A stretch of DNA of 62,851 nucleotides from Minisyncoccota bacterium (GCA_031291905.1 JARLIC010000029.1:1-62851); one strand, 5' to 3'; positions 18,748 to 28,954 are shown, numbered from the stretch's first letter. Program-made: numbers and translations. The notes: generated from the letters alone by a model not told the origin.

Positions 18748-20238
18748 CTAAAACAATCTGCGGCCTCCTTCAAGCTTCTCGATCGCACGGGAAACTCTCG
18801 CGATCGATTCGTCCTTGCCGAGCACTTCCATTATTTCCATAGGGTCGGGGGATGCGGCCTGGCCGGAAAGCGAGACCCGGAGCGGCCAAAGCACCACTCC
18901 CCTTCCTTTCTCGTTCGTAAGAGGGGTGAGCGCCTCAAGGAGGGGCTCCTTTTCGAACTTGTTCGCTGCATGCGCCTCAAGGACGGCAAGCGCGCCGCGC
19001 AACGCATCCATTGTGTCGTTCACCGAAGTCTCTTTCCAGCATAAAAGTTTCGCCTCGTATTCCGGCATCGCAAAAAATAATCTGCTTCCCTCGACCACGT
19101 CCGCGAGTGTTTTTGCGCGCCCGAGCTGGAGCGCGACCGCCTTCGCAAGCATGCCATAGTTCGCATCGGTGGCGGACGGAATCGCAATGCCCGCCTTCTC
19201 GTAGAACGGCACGGCAAGCGTGACAAGTTCGACGATCGGCGTCGTCTTCATGTGCTCGCGGTTCACAAAGTCGAGCTTCTCCTCGTTGAAGATCGCGCCG
19301 GCCTGCTGCACACGCGACATCTCGAAATGCTCGAGCGCATACTCGCGCGTGAACACCTCGTGGTCGTCCTTGGGATGCCAGCCGAGGAGGCCGATGAAAT
19401 TCACGATACCGTCGGGCAGATAGCCGCGTTCGCGGTAGCTTGAGAGCGCGACGTCGGCGAAGCGCTTGGACATCTTGCTGCGGTCGGGGTTGAGGATGAG
19501 CGGCAGGTGCGCGTACTGCGGTGTCGGGAATCCGAGCGCGCGCTGCATGAGGATCTGCTTCGGCGTGTTCGAAAGATGGTCCTCGCCGCGGATCACGTGC
19601 GTGATCTCCATGAGCGCATCGTCCACGACGACCGCAAAGTTATAGAGCGGCGTGTCGAGATCCTTCGCGATCACCTGATCGCCGAAAAGCGCGGTATCGA
19701 ACGAGGTCTTGCCGTGGATGAGATCCTTGAACTCAACCTTCACTTCGGGAACCTTGAAACGGATCACTTCGGGGTTGCGTCCGGCCGGGGGCTCGACAAG
19801 GTTGCGGCAGTGGCCGTTGTAGCGCGGCGGAAGGCCGGCGGCGAGGAGCGCCTGGCGTTGGGCCTCAAGGTCCTCTTTGGTGCAATAGCAGTAATATGCC
19901 TCCCCTTTCTCGAGGAGTTGCTGGATGTACTTACGATAGATCGCCGTGCGCTCGCTCTGGCGGTAGGGGCCGAATTCGCCTCTGTCCGGCCCGCCGTTGG
20001 CGTCCGGTCCTTCGTCCCACGTGAGGCCGAGCCATTCGAGGCCCTGGAGCAATTCCGTCTCGTACTCTTTTTTTGAACGTTCGACATCGGTATCCTCGAT
20101 GCGCAACACGAACGTACCGCCCTGCTGGCGGGCAAAAAGCCAGTTGAAGAGCGCCGTACGGGCGGTGCCTATGTGCATCTGCCCCGTCGGGCTCGGCGCG
20201 ATGCGTACGCGCACCTTTTCCTTCGATGTTTCGGCCAT
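18748..20238 (-). CDS. gltX: glutamate--tRNA ligase
   Basis: VRVRIAPSPTGQMHIGTARTALFNWL (HIGH) and KMSKR (KMSKS) motifs. The ATG at 20238 is preferred over the ORF-track start at 20346. Confidence 0.95.
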   Translation of the reverse strand: MAETSKEKVRVRIAPSPTGQMHIGTARTALFNWLFARQQGGTFVLRIEDTDVERSKKEYETELLQGLEWLGLTWDEGPDANGGPDRGEFGPYRQSERTAIYRKYIQQLLEKGEAYYCYCTKEDLEAQRQALLAAGLPPRYNGHCRNLVEPPAGRNPEVIRFKVPEVKVEFKDLIHGKTSFDTALFGDQVIAKDLDTPLYNFAVVVDDALMEITHVIRGEDHLSNTPKQILMQRALGFPTPQYAHLPLILNPDRSKMSKRFADVALSSYRERGYLPDGIVNFIGLLGWHPKDDHEVFTREYALEHFEMSRVQQAGAIFNEEKLDFVNREHMKTTPIVELVTLAVPFYEKAGIAIPSATDANYGMLAKAVALQLGRAKTLADVVEGSRLFFAMPEYEAKLLCWKETSVNDTMDALRGALAVLEAHAANKFEKEPLLEALTPLTNEKGRGVVLWPLRVSLSGQAASPDPMEIMEVLGKDESIARVSRAIEKLEGGRRLF

Positions 20239-20263
20239 AAACCCTATTTTACCACAAAAGCGA

Positions 20264-20305
20264 GGATAACGAAACACTCGAAGCGATTCGAGTATTTCGT
20301 TATCC
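20264..20305 (-). terminator. long palindromic hairpin overlapping the murG stop codon
   Basis: 19 nt arms (GGATAACGAAA[C/T]ACTCGAA) around a GCGA loop. The arm contains the last murG codon and TAA. Confidence 0.5.
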
Positions 20306-21448
20306 CGTCGCTGCGACCACGTCGATGATATCCCCCGCGATCGCATCCGCCGCGCCGGGCAAAAAGAACGCGCCCGATGCCGCGCTCATCTTCGCGCGCG
20401 CGTCGTCGTTCGAAAGGATCTGCTTCAATTGCCCGAAGAATATTCCCGGCAGGAGATTCCCCTCCTCTATCACCACGCCCGCGCCGGTCTTCGCGAATTC
20501 GTAAGCGTCCACAAGCTGGTGCCCGTTCGCCGATTCCGCGAGCGGAATGAGGATGGCGGGCAGGGCGAACGCCGCAAGCTCGAACACGGAACTTCCCGAC
20601 CGCGTGACGACGAGATCGGCGGCGGACATCACGACCGGCATGTTGTTATCGAAATAGCCCACGGCCTGGTAGCGATTATCGGACCCCGCATCAATGAGCG
20701 CCGCGTGGGAAAGCTGCTGCACCTCGGCGATGTTCGCGATGCCGGTCTGGTGCAGGACCTGCGTGAGCGGGACCAGCTGCCCGAGATTCTCCAGGATGAA
20801 CTCGTTGATCCTTGTCGATCCCTGCGACCCGCCGAGGATGAGGGTGAGCGGCTTTGCGGGATCGAAGCCGAGATTCTCCTTGGCGAGCTCCTTGGTGATG
20901 CGGCCCGAAAGCAGGTCCGCGCGCAAAGGCGCCCCCGTCACTTTCGTGATCGCAGGATTGAAGTATTGCGCCGCGCGGGCGAAGCTCACGAAGATCTTCC
21001 GTGCGAAGTATGCCGAGAGGAGGTTATTGAGTCCCGGCTGGGCGTCGGACTCGTGGATCGCGACGGGGATGCGGTAGAACCACGCGGCGATCACGACCGG
21101 CAGCGAGCCGGTGCCGCCCTTCGAGAACACGATGTCCGGCATGATCCAATAGAGGTTCCAAAGGGCCTGTACGAATCCGATGAAGAACTTCGGGATGTCG
21201 ATGATGTTCATCACCGAAAGATAGCGGCGCAGCTTCCCCGCGATGATCGGCCGCATGGTCATCCCCCGCTGGGCAAGGAGCGTTGCGTAGGCGTCCTTCG
21301 GCCCCATGTAGATGTATTCGTACGGCGCGTTCAGCGCGGCGAGCTTGGCCTTGAGCGCATCCGCGACCGCGATCAGCGGGTACACGTGCCCGCCGCTGCC
21401 GCCCCCGGTGAACACGATGAGGAATTTTTCGGACCTGTCCTGTGCCAT
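20300..21448 (-). CDS. murG: undecaprenyldiphospho-muramoylpentapeptide beta-N-acetylglucosaminyltransferase
   Basis: FTGGGSGGHVYPLIAVADAL G-loop and GT28 N- and C-terminal domains. ATG at 21448. Confidence 0.9.
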   Translation of the reverse strand: MAQDRSEKFLIVFTGGGSGGHVYPLIAVADALKAKLAALNAPYEYIYMGPKDAYATLLAQRGMTMRPIIAGKLRRYLSVMNIIDIPKFFIGFVQALWNLYWIMPDIVFSKGGTGSLPVVIAAWFYRIPVAIHESDAQPGLNNLLSAYFARKIFVSFARAAQYFNPAITKVTGAPLRADLLSGRITKELAKENLGFDPAKPLTLILGGSQGSTRINEFILENLGQLVPLTQVLHQTGIANIAEVQQLSHAALIDAGSDNRYQAVGYFDNNMPVVMSAADLVVTRSGSSVFELAAFALPAILIPLAESANGHQLVDAYEFAKTGAGVVIEEGNLLPGIFFGQLKQILSNDDARAKMSAASGAFFLPGAADAIAGDIIDVVAATG

Positions 21449-21476
21449 ATGTATAAATGATACCACGCAACGCGGC

Positions 21477-22598
21477 CTATGCGTATTTCGAAATATTGAG
21501 CGTGATGCCGGCCATGGTGATGAAGATCGCGAGCGCCGTGCCTCCGTAGCTCACGAACGGCAGCGGCACGCCCGTGAGCGGGATGATGCCGGAGATGGAC
21601 GCCATGTTCACGAACGCCTGAAGCGCGATCACGGTGCCGAATCCGATCAGAAGCAGACGCCCGAACTGGTCGCCGATCTTCCGTGCGAGCCAGAACAGGC
21701 GGAACGTGAGCAGGGCGAACAGGATGACGAGGAACGACGCGCCGATGAATCCCATCTCCTCGGCGATCACGGCGAAGATGGAATCGTCGATGGGTGCGGG
21801 AAGATAGCTCGCTTTGGTCGCCGACTGCCCGTAGCCGACCCCCGTCACCCCGCCGGAACCGATCGCGATGAGCGCCTGGTCGACCTGGTAGTTCATGCCC
21901 TGCGTATTTGCGCTCTTGTTCAGGTAACCTTCGATGCGCGCAAGGCGGTAAGGCGTGGCGACGATCACGGCGCCCACGAGCACGATCGCCACGCCGATGA
22001 TCCCGAAGATGTACTTGAGCGGCGCGCCGCTCACGAAATAGACGACGAGGCCGGAGATGAGCAGGATCGCGACGGTGCTTGTGGCCGGCTGCATGATGAG
22101 AAGCGCACCGATCAATCCGGACACGATGGCGAAGGGCAGCAGCCCGGATTGGAAGTCCGTACTGCGTTTGAACTTGGTGTTGGCGAGCCACGCGGCGAGA
22201 TACATGATGTAAGTGAGCTTCATAAGCTCGGCGGGCTGGAAGCTCAGCGGACCGAGCCGGAGCCAGCGGTTGGTGCTGTTCACGAGCGAACCAAGCGGAG
22301 TGAATACGAGCACCAGGAATCCGAGGCTGACGAGCAGAAGCACGAACGCGAACTTGCGCCAATTCTGATAGTTCACTTTGTATACGACCAGGAATCCGAC
22401 GATGCCGACGGCTAATCCGTACACGAGCTGATGCACTATGTAGTAGTAACTGTTGTTGAACTGGATCTTCCCGAGGTCGGACGACGCCGAGGCGAGCATG
22501 GCGAGTCCGAACACAAGAAGGACCGCGAATATCGCCATAAGAAAATAGTCCGGGTTGCCCTCGCGTGTTCTTCGCGATACCGACGGAGCCCGCGTCAT
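21477..22598 (-). CDS. ftsW: SEDS family peptidoglycan polymerase (FtsW/RodA)
   Basis: About 10 TM helices and a C-terminal GIIPLTGVPLPFVSYGGTA motif. The ATG at 22598 forms an ATGA overlap with the upstream gene. Confidence 0.9.
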   Translation of the reverse strand: MTRAPSVSRRTREGNPDYFLMAIFAVLLVFGLAMLASASSDLGKIQFNNSYYYIVHQLVYGLAVGIVGFLVVYKVNYQNWRKFAFVLLLVSLGFLVLVFTPLGSLVNSTNRWLRLGPLSFQPAELMKLTYIMYLAAWLANTKFKRSTDFQSGLLPFAIVSGLIGALLIMQPATSTVAILLISGLVVYFVSGAPLKYIFGIIGVAIVLVGAVIVATPYRLARIEGYLNKSANTQGMNYQVDQALIAIGSGGVTGVGYGQSATKASYLPAPIDDSIFAVIAEEMGFIGASFLVILFALLTFRLFWLARKIGDQFGRLLLIGFGTVIALQAFVNMASISGIIPLTGVPLPFVSYGGTALAIFITMAGITLNISKYA

Positions 22599-24106
22599 GC
22601 CGCTTTGTGCCTTAATGCCTTGCCCGGAAGCTTCTCCTGGAACTCGCCGCCGATCTCCGCGGCGACGCCGTTCACCACCGTGAACCGAACTTCGTCGCCC
22701 TTGAAGCACACCAGATCGGCATAATTCCCTTCCTTGACGACTCCCCTCCTCTTGAGATCGAACATCTTTGCGGGTTCGCGCGTGATCTTCGCGATCGCGT
22801 CACCGAAGGGCATCAGGTTCTCGTGTTCGACGAGCGAAAGGAATTTGGTGAATGTCGATGTGGTGCGCTCCGACTTCAACTGCTTGCGCTTCGCATCGCG
22901 GCCGAAGCTCGGCGCATTCGAAGCAACAAAGCTCCGCGGACTCGCGAGCGCTTTGAGCGCGAGCACACTGTTGATGTTCTTGTAGAGCACCGAACCCTTC
23001 ATACCCATGGTCGCCATGAGCTTCAACAGCGCGTCGCGGCCGTCGCGCAATCCGTACATCTGCTTGATGTCGCGGAGCGACCGGCCCACCAGGAAATCGT
23101 TGCCCGGCGCGGTGGCGATGACGAAATCGTCCTCTGCGAGCGGCGACATGTCCTTTTTGATCCGCGCGAGGAGCCACGCATCCTTCGTGTTGGCGAGCAT
23201 CACGCCGACACCGCCGTTCTGCGCCCACAGCGGCAGGAAGGTGTAGATCGGAACGAGCGAACTCGCGGAGGGATAGACGTCGAAGCGGAGGTCCACGTCG
23301 GCGGGCAGGCCGTTCACGAGCGCAAGCGCGTCTTCGTAATTCTTTTCCGCGCCCACGATCGGCATGAAGTGGCTGATGAGCGTTTTCACCTTCCGCTCCT
23401 TCGCGATGCGTATCGTCTCCTCCACCGCAGGCACGATCTCCATGGTGTTGTCGCGGAGGTGTGTCGCATACACGCCGCGGAAGCGCGCGACGATGTCGGT
23501 CAAAAAGCTGAGCTCGAGATAGGGCGTGTTCCGCGCGTGCACATAGGAAAGCCCGGTCGACATGCCGAACGCGCCCTCCTTTAACGACTCTTCGAGGGTC
23601 CGCGCAAAGACGTTGATCTCGTTCTTAGTGATGTCGCGCAGGGGCTCGCCCACGAGCGCGCGACGGATCGTCGAGTGCCCCGCAAGCGTGCCGAAGTTCA
23701 CCGCGAGCGGCTTCTTGTCGAGCACGCGCAGGAACTCGTCCACGGTGTGCCAATTCACGTTGACGCGCCCCGGGTCACCCCATTTCTGGATGGATTCGAG
23801 TGTGCCATAGGCGATCGGTGCGAGCGACGAGCCGCACACTCCGCCCATGATCGTGGTCACTCCCTGCTTCAGGAAATCCTCCTGGCTCGGGTAATCGAAA
23901 AGCGTGAGGTAATGGTCCGAATCGGTGTTCACGTCGATGAAGCCGGGGCTCAGGTAGGCGCCCTGGCCATCGAGCACCGTATCCGCTTTTTTATTCGGGA
24001 ACTTGCCGATCGCCGAGATGGTATCGTTGTTCACGAACACATCCATCGGACCGGCGAACTCCTTGTCGCCGCCCACGATCTGCACATTCCTGATGAGCAA
24101 TGTCAT
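22595..24106 (-). CDS. amidohydrolase-superfamily protein (D-aminoacylase-like) lacking the N-terminal HxH motif
   Basis: LIRNVQIVGG...LSPGFIDVNTDSDH aligns to the PGFID-HxH strand, but the two His are replaced by N and D. Confidence 0.75.
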   Translation of the reverse strand: MTLLIRNVQIVGGDKEFAGPMDVFVNNDTISAIGKFPNKKADTVLDGQGAYLSPGFIDVNTDSDHYLTLFDYPSQEDFLKQGVTTIMGGVCGSSLAPIAYGTLESIQKWGDPGRVNVNWHTVDEFLRVLDKKPLAVNFGTLAGHSTIRRALVGEPLRDITKNEINVFARTLEESLKEGAFGMSTGLSYVHARNTPYLELSFLTDIVARFRGVYATHLRDNTMEIVPAVEETIRIAKERKVKTLISHFMPIVGAEKNYEDALALVNGLPADVDLRFDVYPSASSLVPIYTFLPLWAQNGGVGVMLANTKDAWLLARIKKDMSPLAEDDFVIATAPGNDFLVGRSLRDIKQMYGLRDGRDALLKLMATMGMKGSVLYKNINSVLALKALASPRSFVASNAPSFGRDAKRKQLKSERTTSTFTKFLSLVEHENLMPFGDAIAKITREPAKMFDLKRRGVVKEGNYADLVCFKGDEVRFTVVNGVAAEIGGEFQEKLPGKALRHKAA

Positions 24107-24155
24107 ATCTCCATTATACCACGCGTACGGTATGCACCTATCGCCGCCGCTTCAC

Positions 24156-25043
24156 TCATTGCTTCCCGGTCGCCACTTTGAGTACGTTGCCGTCGCGCCA
24201 TATGCGGACGGTCCCGTTCCGGTCGGTGCGGAATACCGCTGCGCCGGTCGATGCCGCGATGCGCGCAAGCGTTTCCGGCGCGGGGTGGCCGAATGTGTTC
24301 TTCGCGCCCACTTCCACCACCGCGACCTTCGGATCGACCGCTTTCAAGAATCCGTCGTCCGTGGAGAACTTCGATCCATGATGCGCAACCTTGAGGATGT
24401 CCGCCCGCAGATCGACACCGGCCGCCACGAGTGCGTCCTGGACGTCGAATCCCGTATCGGCCGTCAGAAGTGCCGTGAACTGCGGCGTTTCGATACGCTC
24501 GACGAGGCCGGTGTCGTTCAATTCGCCGCTTTCGGCAAAGTTCGCGTCCGGAGAAAGTATATCTATCTTATTGGTGCCGATGAGGATCTTGTCGCCTTTG
24601 CCGAGTGTGATGAGCGGGATATGGTCCTCTTTGATCTTTGCGAGGAGGGCCGGCCACGTTTTGACGCCGGGATCGTCACTGCGGCCGTTATAGATGAACG
24701 CGCCAATGCGGTAATGATCGAGAATGGATGCAAATCCCCCGTAATGGTCGCTCTGCGGATGCGTGATGACCGCAAGGTCGATGTACCGGTCATTCGCACC
24801 GAGGACATTCTCCAAGCTTGCGAGCACGCTGCCGTCGGGTCCCGCATCGGTCATCACCTTCGTGCCATCCTGAAAGATGACCAGTTCGGAATCGCCCTGG
24901 CCGACATCGAGAAAGTTCGCGCTCGGCACCGGACCCGCATAGGTCGGCGGAACGAACACGATCCGATACCAGAAAAGGATATCGGCGACCGCAAGTGCGA
25001 ATACGAGCATGGCGCTTGTCCTATCGAAACGCGGCCTGTTCAT
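24156..25043 (-). CDS. comEC: ComEC C-terminal metallo-beta-lactamase domain protein (separate ORF)
   Basis: FLDVGQGDSELV and ITHPQSDHYGG (HxHxDH-like) motifs and an N-terminal TM helix. The ATG at 25043 overlaps the stop of the upstream ORF (ATGA). Confidence 0.85.
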   Translation of the reverse strand: MNRPRFDRTSAMLVFALAVADILFWYRIVFVPPTYAGPVPSANFLDVGQGDSELVIFQDGTKVMTDAGPDGSVLASLENVLGANDRYIDLAVITHPQSDHYGGFASILDHYRIGAFIYNGRSDDPGVKTWPALLAKIKEDHIPLITLGKGDKILIGTNKIDILSPDANFAESGELNDTGLVERIETPQFTALLTADTGFDVQDALVAAGVDLRADILKVAHHGSKFSTDDGFLKAVDPKVAVVEVGAKNTFGHPAPETLARIAASTGAAVFRTDRNGTVRIWRDGNVLKVATGKQ

Positions 25044-26230
25044 GATGGGCGTGCCGCCGGCACCCGACGGAATGCGAACCAGGCAAGCGCGGAATAATAT
25101 GCGGCAAGCAGGAACGGGGATGAGAACACGGCGGGGATCGTCCACGCGGCGCGCGCGAACGTGTCCATGATGAACAATTGATACGAGAGCAGGATGTTCA
25201 GAACGGGAGCGAATATCGTCGCCGCGCCGGCGAACAGATTCCCGGCCACGGCAAGTGCGATGCCCATCCCGATCACCGCGCCGAACGGCGGCGCAACGAG
25301 GAAATTGGAGATGAAGGATATTGCCGGAAAATCGCCGTACGTCACACATACCACCGGCATGATCGCGAGATTCACCGCCGCGGTCACCGTGAGATGGGAC
25401 CTCCACGACAAAAAACCGTCCTTGTTCCCGCCAACGGCGGCGGCCGGGAGCAGCGTTCCGAGTGCCGGCGCGAGCGCATAGATGCCGACGAGGCTCATGA
25501 ACGAGAGTATGAATCCCCCGCTTCCGAGGATCGCCGGATCGAAGACCGCCATGAGCAACGCGGTGTACATGAGCGCAATGCGGGCATTGAACTTCCTTCC
25601 GGACATTTCCGCGAGCATCGCGAGGCCGGCCATCACGCCCGCGCGGAGCGCCGAGACCGGCGCGTTCGCCAAGGCAACGAAGAGCGCAACCGCGGTCATT
25701 GCGAGCAGTGCGGCAACGCGGCGCGGACAGAATCTTTTGCACGCCTCGAACACCGCCCCAACCAGGAGATATATCTTGTAACCGTACATACCGATAAGAT
25801 ACGACGTTCCCGAACGCGACATTGCCGCCTTTACGTCGGGTGCGAGAACGGTCGTCGAGCCGCTTACGATCCCCGCAAGAAGCGATGCCTGACGATACGG
25901 CAACGCGCCCTCAAAGACCGCGGCGGCGCGGGTAAATACCGGATTCACCGCCGCAGCCGTCGGGAACGCGGCCGATTCGGCCTTTGCCGGTACGCGCAGA
26001 TGATAATAGAAGACCGATAATGGGAATGTGAAAAGTGCGGCCGCAACAAGAATAAAAAACCTCTTCGATCGCATCCCGGGAACATAAACGATCGTGCCGG
26101 CCGCGAGCATGCAAAGGCAAAGGAATGCGATATCGATGTGCCAGCCGTATGTCGCGGCGAAGGTGCCAAAAAGAAAGACCGCGGCAAGGCCGAATGCGAC
26201 ATCGCCCGGCCGTATCGTATGTTCCTCCAT
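25040..26230 (-). CDS. comEC: ComEC/Rec2 competence membrane channel domain protein (separate ORF)
   Basis: Polytopic membrane protein whose layout matches the ComEC competence domain; it lies directly upstream of the MBL-domain ORF. Confidence 0.8.
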   Translation of the reverse strand: MEEHTIRPGDVAFGLAAVFLFGTFAATYGWHIDIAFLCLCMLAAGTIVYVPGMRSKRFFILVAAALFTFPLSVFYYHLRVPAKAESAAFPTAAAVNPVFTRAAAVFEGALPYRQASLLAGIVSGSTTVLAPDVKAAMSRSGTSYLIGMYGYKIYLLVGAVFEACKRFCPRRVAALLAMTAVALFVALANAPVSALRAGVMAGLAMLAEMSGRKFNARIALMYTALLMAVFDPAILGSGGFILSFMSLVGIYALAPALGTLLPAAAVGGNKDGFLSWRSHLTVTAAVNLAIMPVVCVTYGDFPAISFISNFLVAPPFGAVIGMGIALAVAGNLFAGAATIFAPVLNILLSYQLFIMDTFARAAWTIPAVFSSPFLLAAYYSALAWFAFRRVPAARPS

Positions 26231-26276
26231 CCTGCGAGGATAGCAGACAACCGATAAAGAAAAGATAAAGACTCGG

Positions 26277-27002
26277 CTATTCCCGCACCGGCGCGCCGTG
26301 CTCGGTCCTCCATTCTTCTATCTTCTTATGATTCCCCGAAAGGAGCACTCCGGGAACCTTCCATTTCTTGCTTTTTGCGGGCGCGAAGATCTCCGGGCGC
26401 GTATAGGTCGGGAACGATCCGTTGATCTCCTCGAGCGATTCCTCCTTCCCCAAAAATCCCGGCAACTGCCGGCTCACCGCCTCCATGAGCACGAGCGCAG
26501 GCAGTTCGCCGCCGGAAAGCACGTAATCCCCTATCGACATTTCCTCGTCCGCGATGTACTCCGCCACGCGCTCATCCACGCCCTCGTAGCGTCCGCAGAT
26601 CAGGATCAGTTCGTCGTACTTGGCGAGACGCCGTGCCGCGGCCGCATCCAGTTTTTTTCCGCGCGGCGAAAAAAGGATCGTCCGCGTTCTTACCTTCTTC
26701 GTTCTGCGCTGCGCAATCCTTTTTATGGCCGCCGTGGTCGCCCAGATCGGCTGCACCTTCAGGACCATGCCCGGACCGCCGCCGAACGGCCGGTCGTCGA
26801 CCTTCGCGTGCCGGTCGTCCGTGTAATCACGGATGTTGTGGACCATCACCGAAAGAAGCCCGTCCTTTTGTGCGCGTTTGAAGAGCGATTCGCCCAGATA
26901 CGAATCGAAGATATCCGGAAATATCGTAAGGATATGAAAACGCACGGGGCGGCGTTTAGTGATGGCGCGACGCGCGGTCCTTTTCGTAGTCTTCATCATC
27001 AT
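26277..27002 (-). CDS. trmD: tRNA (guanine37-N1)-methyltransferase
   Basis: FHILTIFPDIF...DDRPFGGGPGMVLK...GRYEGVDERV motifs. Start is uncertain (ATGs at 26996-27002, GTG at 26945, or the ORF-track start at 27041). Confidence 0.88.
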   Translation of the reverse strand: MMMKTTKRTARRAITKRRPVRFHILTIFPDIFDSYLGESLFKRAQKDGLLSVMVHNIRDYTDDRHAKVDDRPFGGGPGMVLKVQPIWATTAAIKRIAQRRTKKVRTRTILFSPRGKKLDAAAARRLAKYDELILICGRYEGVDERVAEYIADEEMSIGDYVLSGGELPALVLMEAVSRQLPGFLGKEESLEEINGSFPTYTRPEIFAPAKSKKWKVPGVLLSGNHKKIEEWRTEHGAPVRE

Positions 27003-28950
27003 CGTTATTGTTTTGGGCCGGCGCAAGGGTCGAAGCCGCATCTCCCGCCGTAAGATCGGCGTTGAGCGATGCGCGGATCGCCGCGCGCAATTCGTCGATG
27101 CTTACCTCGGCATGCGGTCCGTGTTTCATTTTCTGTGTCTTCTCTTTCGGCTTGGTGAGCTCGGTCAAGGACATTCCCTGCTCCGAAGGCTGAGGCGCAG
27201 TGTCTTCCTGCGCAACAGGCCTCATCAACGGCCGGAACGTCGGCTGGCGCGCCGGTGCGGGTGCAACGGGTGCCGGCATCGGTTTCGGTGTGGGTGTGGG
27301 CGTGACGGTCGTCGCGTTCGCGTTTGCCGCGGGCGACGCGCCCACCGATTTCGGTGAGGTCCAATTCGAGCGGATCGGTTTCAATTCTCCCGAATCGATC
27401 TTCTTCATGCAGTCGCGGCAATACACCGGACGGCCCGGGGTCGGCTCGAAAGGTAGCGAGGTAAGATTGCCGCACGACGAGCATACTGCCTGATAGCGGA
27501 CGCCCCCCGTGGTCGCGATCGGCCCGCTCTTGGGCGTTTGTACCACACCGGCCCGTACGGGCGCGCCTGCCATGGATGCCGTTGCTCCTCCCGTTGCGGT
27601 CGAGAACGCCCCTCGTCCTGCAGCGTCCATATTGCCGCTCCAATGATTGATCTCCTCCTCGATCACTTCGCGCGGACGTGCGTAGTATTTCTGCGACATC
27701 CTTATGATATCTTCCTTCGCGGTTGTGGAGGTCTTCACCCTGAACGTCGGCAGCGTCGCCGCCGAGAACGGCCGCGCGGTCACGCCGTCGACCATCAGTT
27801 TGATATAGATATGGTAGTTCGGAAGGTTGACCATGTCCGCAATGACGAACTCCGGCGTGAACTCGTTCTCGAGGAACTCCGCATCGGCGGCGCCCACGCG
27901 GAATACGATCATCGTGCCGACGTTGCCGAAGATGGCGTCGCGCACTTTCGTCGAGGTGTCGGTGACGAGCTGGCCGATATACTGGTGCGCGAGCGTGAGG
28001 TTCAGCCGGTATTTGCGCGCCTCGGAAAGGATGCCCGCAAAGGAATCCGTGGCGAAGTTCTGGAACTCGTCGACATAAAGATAGAAATCGACGCGGTCCT
28101 CTTCCGGGATGCGCACGCGCTCCATGGAGGCGAGCTGGATCTTGGTGATGAGCATGGCGCCGAGGAGCGCCGAGTTGTCCTCGCCGATGCGCCCCTTCGA
28201 CACGTTCACAAGGAATATCTTCCCCTCGTTCATGATGTCGAACACGTCGATCGTGCTCTTCGACTGCCCGACGATGTTGCGCACGAGCGAACTCGAGAGG
28301 AACTGCCCCACTTTGTTCTGGATCGGGGCGATCGCCTCGTTGCGGAAACGTTCCTGCCAGCTCTCGAATTCGTTGAGCCAGAAGGCCTTCACGATCGGGT
28401 CCTTCACGTTAGCGATGATCTGCTGGCGGTACGTCTTGTCGCTCAAAAGGCGCGGGATGCCGAGAAGGGTCGAGCCCGGCGTATCGAGGAGCGCCAGGAT
28501 GCAGTTGTTCAAAATATATTCCATACGGGCCGACCACACGCCGGACCATATCTTCGTGAAGATCGCCATGAGGCCGGAAGCCACGAGATGCTTGTACTTC
28601 GGATCGGGCAGCTCGAGGATGTTGAAACCGATGTGGTAATCGGTATCGGCAGGATTGAAATAGATGACGTCCTTCATGCGCTCCTCGGGGATCCGGTCGA
28701 GGATGCTCTCCACAAGCTCGCCGTGCGGATCGACGACGCAGACACCCTCGCCGTTCGCGATATCCTGCACGATCATGTTGTTGAGCATGGAGCTCTTTCC
28801 GGTACCGGTCTTACCGACCACGTAGGTATGCTGGCGCCGGTCGCTTCTCTTGATACCGAAAAGGCGGCTCGAATTCCTGAAATTCGTCCGTGCGAAATAA
28901 TTGACGTTGTTCTCGAGTTCCGGTTGTGTGAGGGGCATGACTACCGTCAT
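26956..28950 (-). CDS. VirD4/TraD-like (FtsK/HerA superfamily) P-loop ATPase with C-terminal CxxC...CxxC zinc ribbon
   Basis: Walker A VVGKTGTGKSS, Walker B FYLYVDEFQNF, and a TraD/VirD4-like all-alpha insert. C-terminus reads CSSCGNLTSLPFEPTPGRPVYCRDC, followed by a Pro/Ala-rich tail. Confidence 0.8.
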   Translation of the reverse strand: MTVVMPLTQPELENNVNYFARTNFRNSSRLFGIKRSDRRQHTYVVGKTGTGKSSMLNNMIVQDIANGEGVCVVDPHGELVESILDRIPEERMKDVIYFNPADTDYHIGFNILELPDPKYKHLVASGLMAIFTKIWSGVWSARMEYILNNCILALLDTPGSTLLGIPRLLSDKTYRQQIIANVKDPIVKAFWLNEFESWQERFRNEAIAPIQNKVGQFLSSSLVRNIVGQSKSTIDVFDIMNEGKIFLVNVSKGRIGEDNSALLGAMLITKIQLASMERVRIPEEDRVDFYLYVDEFQNFATDSFAGILSEARKYRLNLTLAHQYIGQLVTDTSTKVRDAIFGNVGTMIVFRVGAADAEFLENEFTPEFVIADMVNLPNYHIYIKLMVDGVTARPFSAATLPTFRVKTSTTAKEDIIRMSQKYYARPREVIEEEINHWSGNMDAAGRGAFSTATGGATASMAGAPVRAGVVQTPKSGPIATTGGVRYQAVCSSCGNLTSLPFEPTPGRPVYCRDCMKKIDSGELKPIRSNWTSPKSVGASPAANANATTVTPTPTPKPMPAPVAPAPARQPTFRPLMRPVAQEDTAPQPSEQGMSLTELTKPKEKTQKMKHGPHAEVSIDELRAAIRASLNADLTAGDAASTLAPAQNNNDDDEDYEKDRASRHH

Positions 28951-28954
28951 TATA

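Noticed and set aside
26945-27041. A possible frameshift or fusion between the VirD4-like ATPase gene and trmD, given their 47-86 nt apparent overlap.
   Set aside because: The overlap depends entirely on which trmD start is chosen. A GTG at 26945, just before the conserved RFHILTIFP N-terminus, removes it. Both reading frames are intact and neither is disrupted.
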